Below, piece by piece: positions 7,120 to 10,048 of a stretch of 10,048 bases of DNA. Origin of the DNA: Promethearchaeota archaeon (GTDB taxonomy: Archaea; Asgardarchaeota; Hermodarchaeia; Hermodarchaeales; Hermodarchaeaceae); the NCBI GenBank assembly GCA_048939245.1, contig JBHLPR010000069.1, positions 1,653-11,700 of the forward strand, read 5' to 3'. The first letter of the stretch is position 1, and each line of letters starts with the position of its first letter. Both the position numbers and the translations under genes were made by a program. Below the pieces are notes generated by a model, which was given only the letters and a program-made list of their open reading frames with translations, did not search any database and had not been told where the DNA came from.

Positions 7120-9342
7120 CAAGATTGGAGGGAGTAATGGTGGATTATCAAAGGTGAAAACTCCATCTGATTCATCTTCTACAATGAAGATTCCGTCATA
7201 GGCCGTGATGCGGATGCGGTAATTGGATCCATTGGGCCAAGCTATTGTATCCAGAAGATAGCTTGCACTTGTTAGACCTGTTGCTAGTGTGTTCCAATTG
7301 CTGCCGTCCCAAATGTCTACATCAAAGGTTAAGGTGTCATCGTTTGGATCGGAAGCAGCCCATGTGACCGTAATTGTACCGTTGAGTGTTTCTCCACCAT
7401 TTGGAGATATCACTGTGATCGTGGGTGGTTGTCGAATAAGGTTCGTAGCAACGGTGTTAACCTCATAGTTAGGATTTACAAAGTATAAGAGAACTCCTGT
7501 TTCTTTTTCGAAGTAGCTATAAGTTGGCGTCGAACCATCGAGCCAAGTCACATTCCAGCAGTCATAGGAATAACCATTAACCCAGGTATGCATCACTTCA
7601 CCAACGACAATTCCATACTCACTCCACATAGGGACTGCTGATCCGATTGTAAGTCCAGAATCAGGGATCATGATTATGAAATGGTTTAGAACCCACCAGC
7701 TTGTTCCTGACTGCAAGTAGCGTGTGTTGGTTAGAAGACTAAACCAGTATAAATCGTCGTCGTAGAGTGTATCATTTGAATAAAACCGTTGGACGCTATT
7801 AGTAATGTTGATTCTCCAATCATCCAAATAAGATTCACAAGTGAAGTTGAACTCGTAGTAATTTCCAACCGTAGTTTCCCAATGGGTATCGATATAATCA
7901 TTGGGTTGCAAGTGTACTTGTTGATGTGGAATATAGCGAATGAGATTTTCAAGGAACATACTAGTATTATGGGTTCGCCACCAAGCCCATTCTACGGTTT
8001 GAGCAGTTGCTAGGATAAATCCGTTACCACTAGCATTTTCATAAAAGACTGGTTCGGTACCATCATCTAAGATAATTCGTCCGCCAGTAGTTTGATTGAA
8101 ATAGCCATGGCTTGACCAGCCCCAATATTCGAATTCCGGTTCCTGAACCAGATAAGGATGGTATAGGGTGGGATGGAACGCATCAATTATGTCAATGCTA
8201 TCTGCGAGATTGTAGTTGAAACCAGCGCCAAAAGGAAGAATCCAATCATGGCTTTGTGTTGCTGCATGAATCTCTAAGATTCCTCCACCATTCACATAGG
8301 CTTCTAGCAAAGCTCGATGAGTAGTTAGCGCGGTGTAGAAGGCTACTGGTTGCGAAGAGGAGATGATTACTTTTTGGTAGGGAGAGAGATCTGCGGTTCC
8401 AAGGTCTGTCGAATTGATGATATCAAAAGGGATGCCCAGATCTATGAGGATTTGCTGAGTCGCATTGTAGCCCCAAGGATTGATATTTTCTAGAATCGCC
8501 ACCGGACCCGTTAGGGCTTCATCTGGAGGGCTTTCATGTGTTGGTACATACCAGACTAGATTCTCAAGGAAGTCGCTATAACCATTCGCAGAGATAAATT
8601 CAACGGTCTGGGTTGTGATGATGAAATAGCCCAACCCATAACGGGCTTCAATCAAGACTGGTTCGCCAGCACCATCAGTAATGATAACCGAAGCCTCCGC
8701 TGTTTTGTTGAGGTATCCGTGGGCTGAATAGGTCCAGCCATCAAGTTCGGTCTCATTAGCCTCAAAGGGATTGTGGAGAAGATAATGCCCAAGATCTGCA
8801 AACTCAATGTTCTTTGTTAAATTCACAGTGTAGCCAAAACCACCTGGAAGGAAGTAACTCCCTTGTGAAGAGGATCTGGCCGCATGGATTTCTAAGACGC
8901 CACCACCTTTGACATAATTTTCAAGCCAGCTTCTGTATGATTCAACAGCTGTATAGAAAGAAGCACTCTGTTGCGATGAGATAATGACTTTCTGGTACTT
9001 GCCAAGGGCAATGCCAAAGGACGCAGACGGGATAGTATCTACAACCATATGAGAATATGTAAGGAGAATAGTTTCCGCATCATTATATCCCCAAGGATCG
9101 GCGTCTTCGAGGATAGCCACTTCACCCGTAGCTTTGAGCCCACGTGATGATAGTGGCATAGTAGGCGTTGGAGTGGATTCTGGTATCATGGGAGGTTTAT
9201 TGTCAACAACTAATGTATCCATTGGGGTACTATATCCAGCTGTGTTTAATCCAACCATTGAACCGAGGATAGGAAAAAGTAGGATAATCAACAAAAATGA
9301 AGATAGCACCCTGGTTCGAATAGGAAATTTGGTAGTAAACAT
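7018..9342 (-). CDS. secreted, C-terminally membrane-anchored surface glycoprotein with two tandem class I glutamine amidotransferase-like (ThuA-like) domains and an Ig-like domain
   Basis: 774 aa. N-terminal signal peptide (basic KFPIRTR, then FLLIILLFPILG), two ~195-aa repeats, an Ig-like segment (PTITVISPNGGE..VTW.ASDP..YRIRITAYDG), 14 N-x-S/T sequons counted by eye, and a C-terminal TM helix followed by KRR. Confidence 0.8.
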   Translation of the reverse strand: MFTTKFPIRTRVLSSFLLIILLFPILGSMVGLNTAGYSTPMDTLVVDNKPPMIPESTPTPTMPLSSRGLKATGEVAILEDADPWGYNDAETILLTYSHMVVDTIPSASFGIALGKYQKVIISSQQSASFYTAVESYRSWLENYVKGGGVLEIHAARSSSQGSYFLPGGFGYTVNLTKNIEFADLGHYLLHNPFEANETELDGWTYSAHGYLNKTAEASVIITDGAGEPVLIEARYGLGYFIITTQTVEFISANGYSDFLENLVWYVPTHESPPDEALTGPVAILENINPWGYNATQQILIDLGIPFDIINSTDLGTADLSPYQKVIISSSQPVAFYTALTTHRALLEAYVNGGGILEIHAATQSHDWILPFGAGFNYNLADSIDIIDAFHPTLYHPYLVQEPEFEYWGWSSHGYFNQTTGGRIILDDGTEPVFYENASGNGFILATAQTVEWAWWRTHNTSMFLENLIRYIPHQQVHLQPNDYIDTHWETTVGNYYEFNFTCESYLDDWRINITNSVQRFYSNDTLYDDDLYWFSLLTNTRYLQSGTSWWVLNHFIIMIPDSGLTIGSAVPMWSEYGIVVGEVMHTWVNGYSYDCWNVTWLDGSTPTYSYFEKETGVLLYFVNPNYEVNTVATNLIRQPPTITVISPNGGETLNGTITVTWAASDPNDDTLTFDVDIWDGSNWNTLATGLTSASYLLDTIAWPNGSNYRIRITAYDGIFIVEDESDGVFTFDNPPLLPPILLPWWWWIAVVAGVIIIVVIIVIYLLMKRRGTAK
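7927..9129 (-). repeat. intragenic tandem domain duplication (8542-9129 and 7927-8511)
   Basis: The two copies (196 and 195 aa) share TG.VAILE...PWGYN, YQKVIISS.Q, YV.GGG.LEIHAA, S.HGY.N.T, QTVE and FLENL..Y.P. Confidence 0.92.
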
Positions 9343-9373
9343 CGATATTCCCTACCGATAGTAGGCACTAAGC

Positions 9374-9385
9374 GTTTAAAAATCT
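9374..9385 (-). promoter_or_regulatory. putative TATA box of the 774-aa surface protein gene
   Basis: Minus-strand TTTTTAAA (9375-9382), 33-40 nt upstream of ATG 9342. Confidence 0.5.
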
Positions 9386-9512
9386 ACATGGATTCAATAT
9401 CATCATATAATGTGAACCTATATTGGTTACGAACTTACGAAAGGGGAAATAGCCCTCGGTACCTGACGCTCCTATTTCCAAGAGATGCCACTCTTTCACT
9501 GTAAGGGATACC

Positions 9513-9547
9513 AAAAAAATGAGAGGTGTGGAGGAAACCCCTCCACA
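9513..9547 (-). terminator. hairpin + oligo-T terminator of the truncated surface-protein gene
   Basis: Minus strand after the stop: 7 nt, TGTGGAGG-ggttt-CCTCCACA (9527-9547), 7 nt, then T7 (9513-9519). Confidence 0.75.
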
Positions 9548-9554
9548 TTGTGTT

Positions 9555-9656
9555 CTATTTGTTTGCTCCACGTCGTTTCATTACCAAGTAGATGATAATA
9601 ATTACGACAATAATGATGACCACGGCTAATACTGCGATCCACCACCACCAGGGTAG
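9555..9656 (-). repeat. conserved C-terminal anchor-coding segment, copy 2 (paired with 7018-7119)
   Basis: Encodes LPWWWWIAVLAVVIIIVVIIIIYLVMKRRGANK*. Confidence 0.9.
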
Positions 9657-10048
9657 CCCTGGAATGGGTGGAGGTGTGAATGGTGAAGGTATGCCTTCGA
9701 TGTCAGCGGTTGCAGTTGGAGTCGAGTACATGGTTCCGGGTAATCCATAGTAGTCGGCATCAAAGGAGAGCGTGAAATTACCGACACCCTCAACCAAGAC
9801 TTGCCAGTTGATGACCTCTGTATGCCCAGGAAGAACAAAGAATGGTTGAGTTGCCGGTCCGGTTAGACTACCAAATCCAGGAGGAACGGTAACAGTAATT
9901 TGCCCTTCAACCGCGGCGGTTAATCCGAGGTTATCGATTTCCACAGCAAAGTTCACTGGAAACCCTAAGGTTCCATTCATAGGAACGATGGGCAGAAGGT
10001 TACAGCGTGGGGCCATTATGAAAGCAATTTCGTTAATCCAGAGTTCAA
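9555..10048 (-). CDS. C-terminal part of a membrane-anchored surface protein (CARDB/NEW3-like Ig domain + LPWWWW anchor); 5'-truncated by the window edge
   Basis: The frame stays open past ATG 10016 to the window edge (..ELWINEIAFIMAPR). Beta-sandwich pattern V.IDNLG..A....ITVTVPPG...V.PG....INW.V...G.FT. Same C-terminal tail as 7018-9342. Confidence 0.8.
   Translation of the reverse strand, partial: ELWINEIAFIMAPRCNLLPIVPMNGTLGFPVNFAVEIDNLGLTAAVEGQITVTVPPGFGSLTGPATQPFFVLPGHTEVINWQVLVEGVGNFTLSFDADYYGLPGTMYSTPTATADIEGIPSPFTPPPIPGLPWWWWIAVLAVVIIIVVIIIIYLVMKRRGANK

Noticed and set aside
6944-7201. 85-aa plus-strand ORF with MTMMTTMMMT and HHHH (looks metal-binding)
   Set aside because: It is the antisense reading of the Ile/Val TM codons and the TGG x4 (WWWW) run, and it crosses the terminator.
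9390-9410. C-box-like ATGATGA on the minus strand (possible C/D box sRNA)
   Set aside because: No CTGA D box at a suitable distance downstream.
7097-9650. Identical 17-mer GCGATCCACCACCACCA at 7097-7113 and 9634-9650 as a CRISPR repeat or IS end
   Set aside because: Mostly forced by non-degenerate Trp codons of the shared tail. There is no array, spacer, transposase or target duplication.
7731-9838. ORFs 7731-7952, 7789-8013, 9134-9361, 9368-9571 and 9626-9838
   Set aside because: Shadow frames of the surface-protein genes. 9368-9571 runs through a terminator and a promoter region.

Overview
Archaeal window (lineage inferred, not proven: Asgard- or Bathyarchaeia-like). Bases 1-6954 hold a compact cluster for a methanopterin-type C1-carrier pterin: mptG (RFAP synthase), mptA (GTP cyclohydrolase IV), mptE (6-hydroxymethyl-dihydropterin pyrophosphokinase) and an MJ0107/Orf20-type dihydropteroate synthase-like protein. 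Two uncharacterised families, DUF447 (flavin-binding split barrel) and DUF1464 (ASKHA kinase-like), sit in the cluster and are candidates for unassigned pathway steps. A small orphan gene interrupts it. Bases 7018-10048 encode two otherwise dissimilar cell-surface proteins on the minus strand. Both end in a near-identical 33-aa tail (LPWWWW + transmembrane helix + MKRRG..K; 27/33 identical) and are followed by terminators with the same geometry, which suggests an undescribed C-terminal protein-sorting signal. No rRNA, tRNA, CRISPR array or mobile element was seen. All family assignments come from motif recognition by eye, not database searches.
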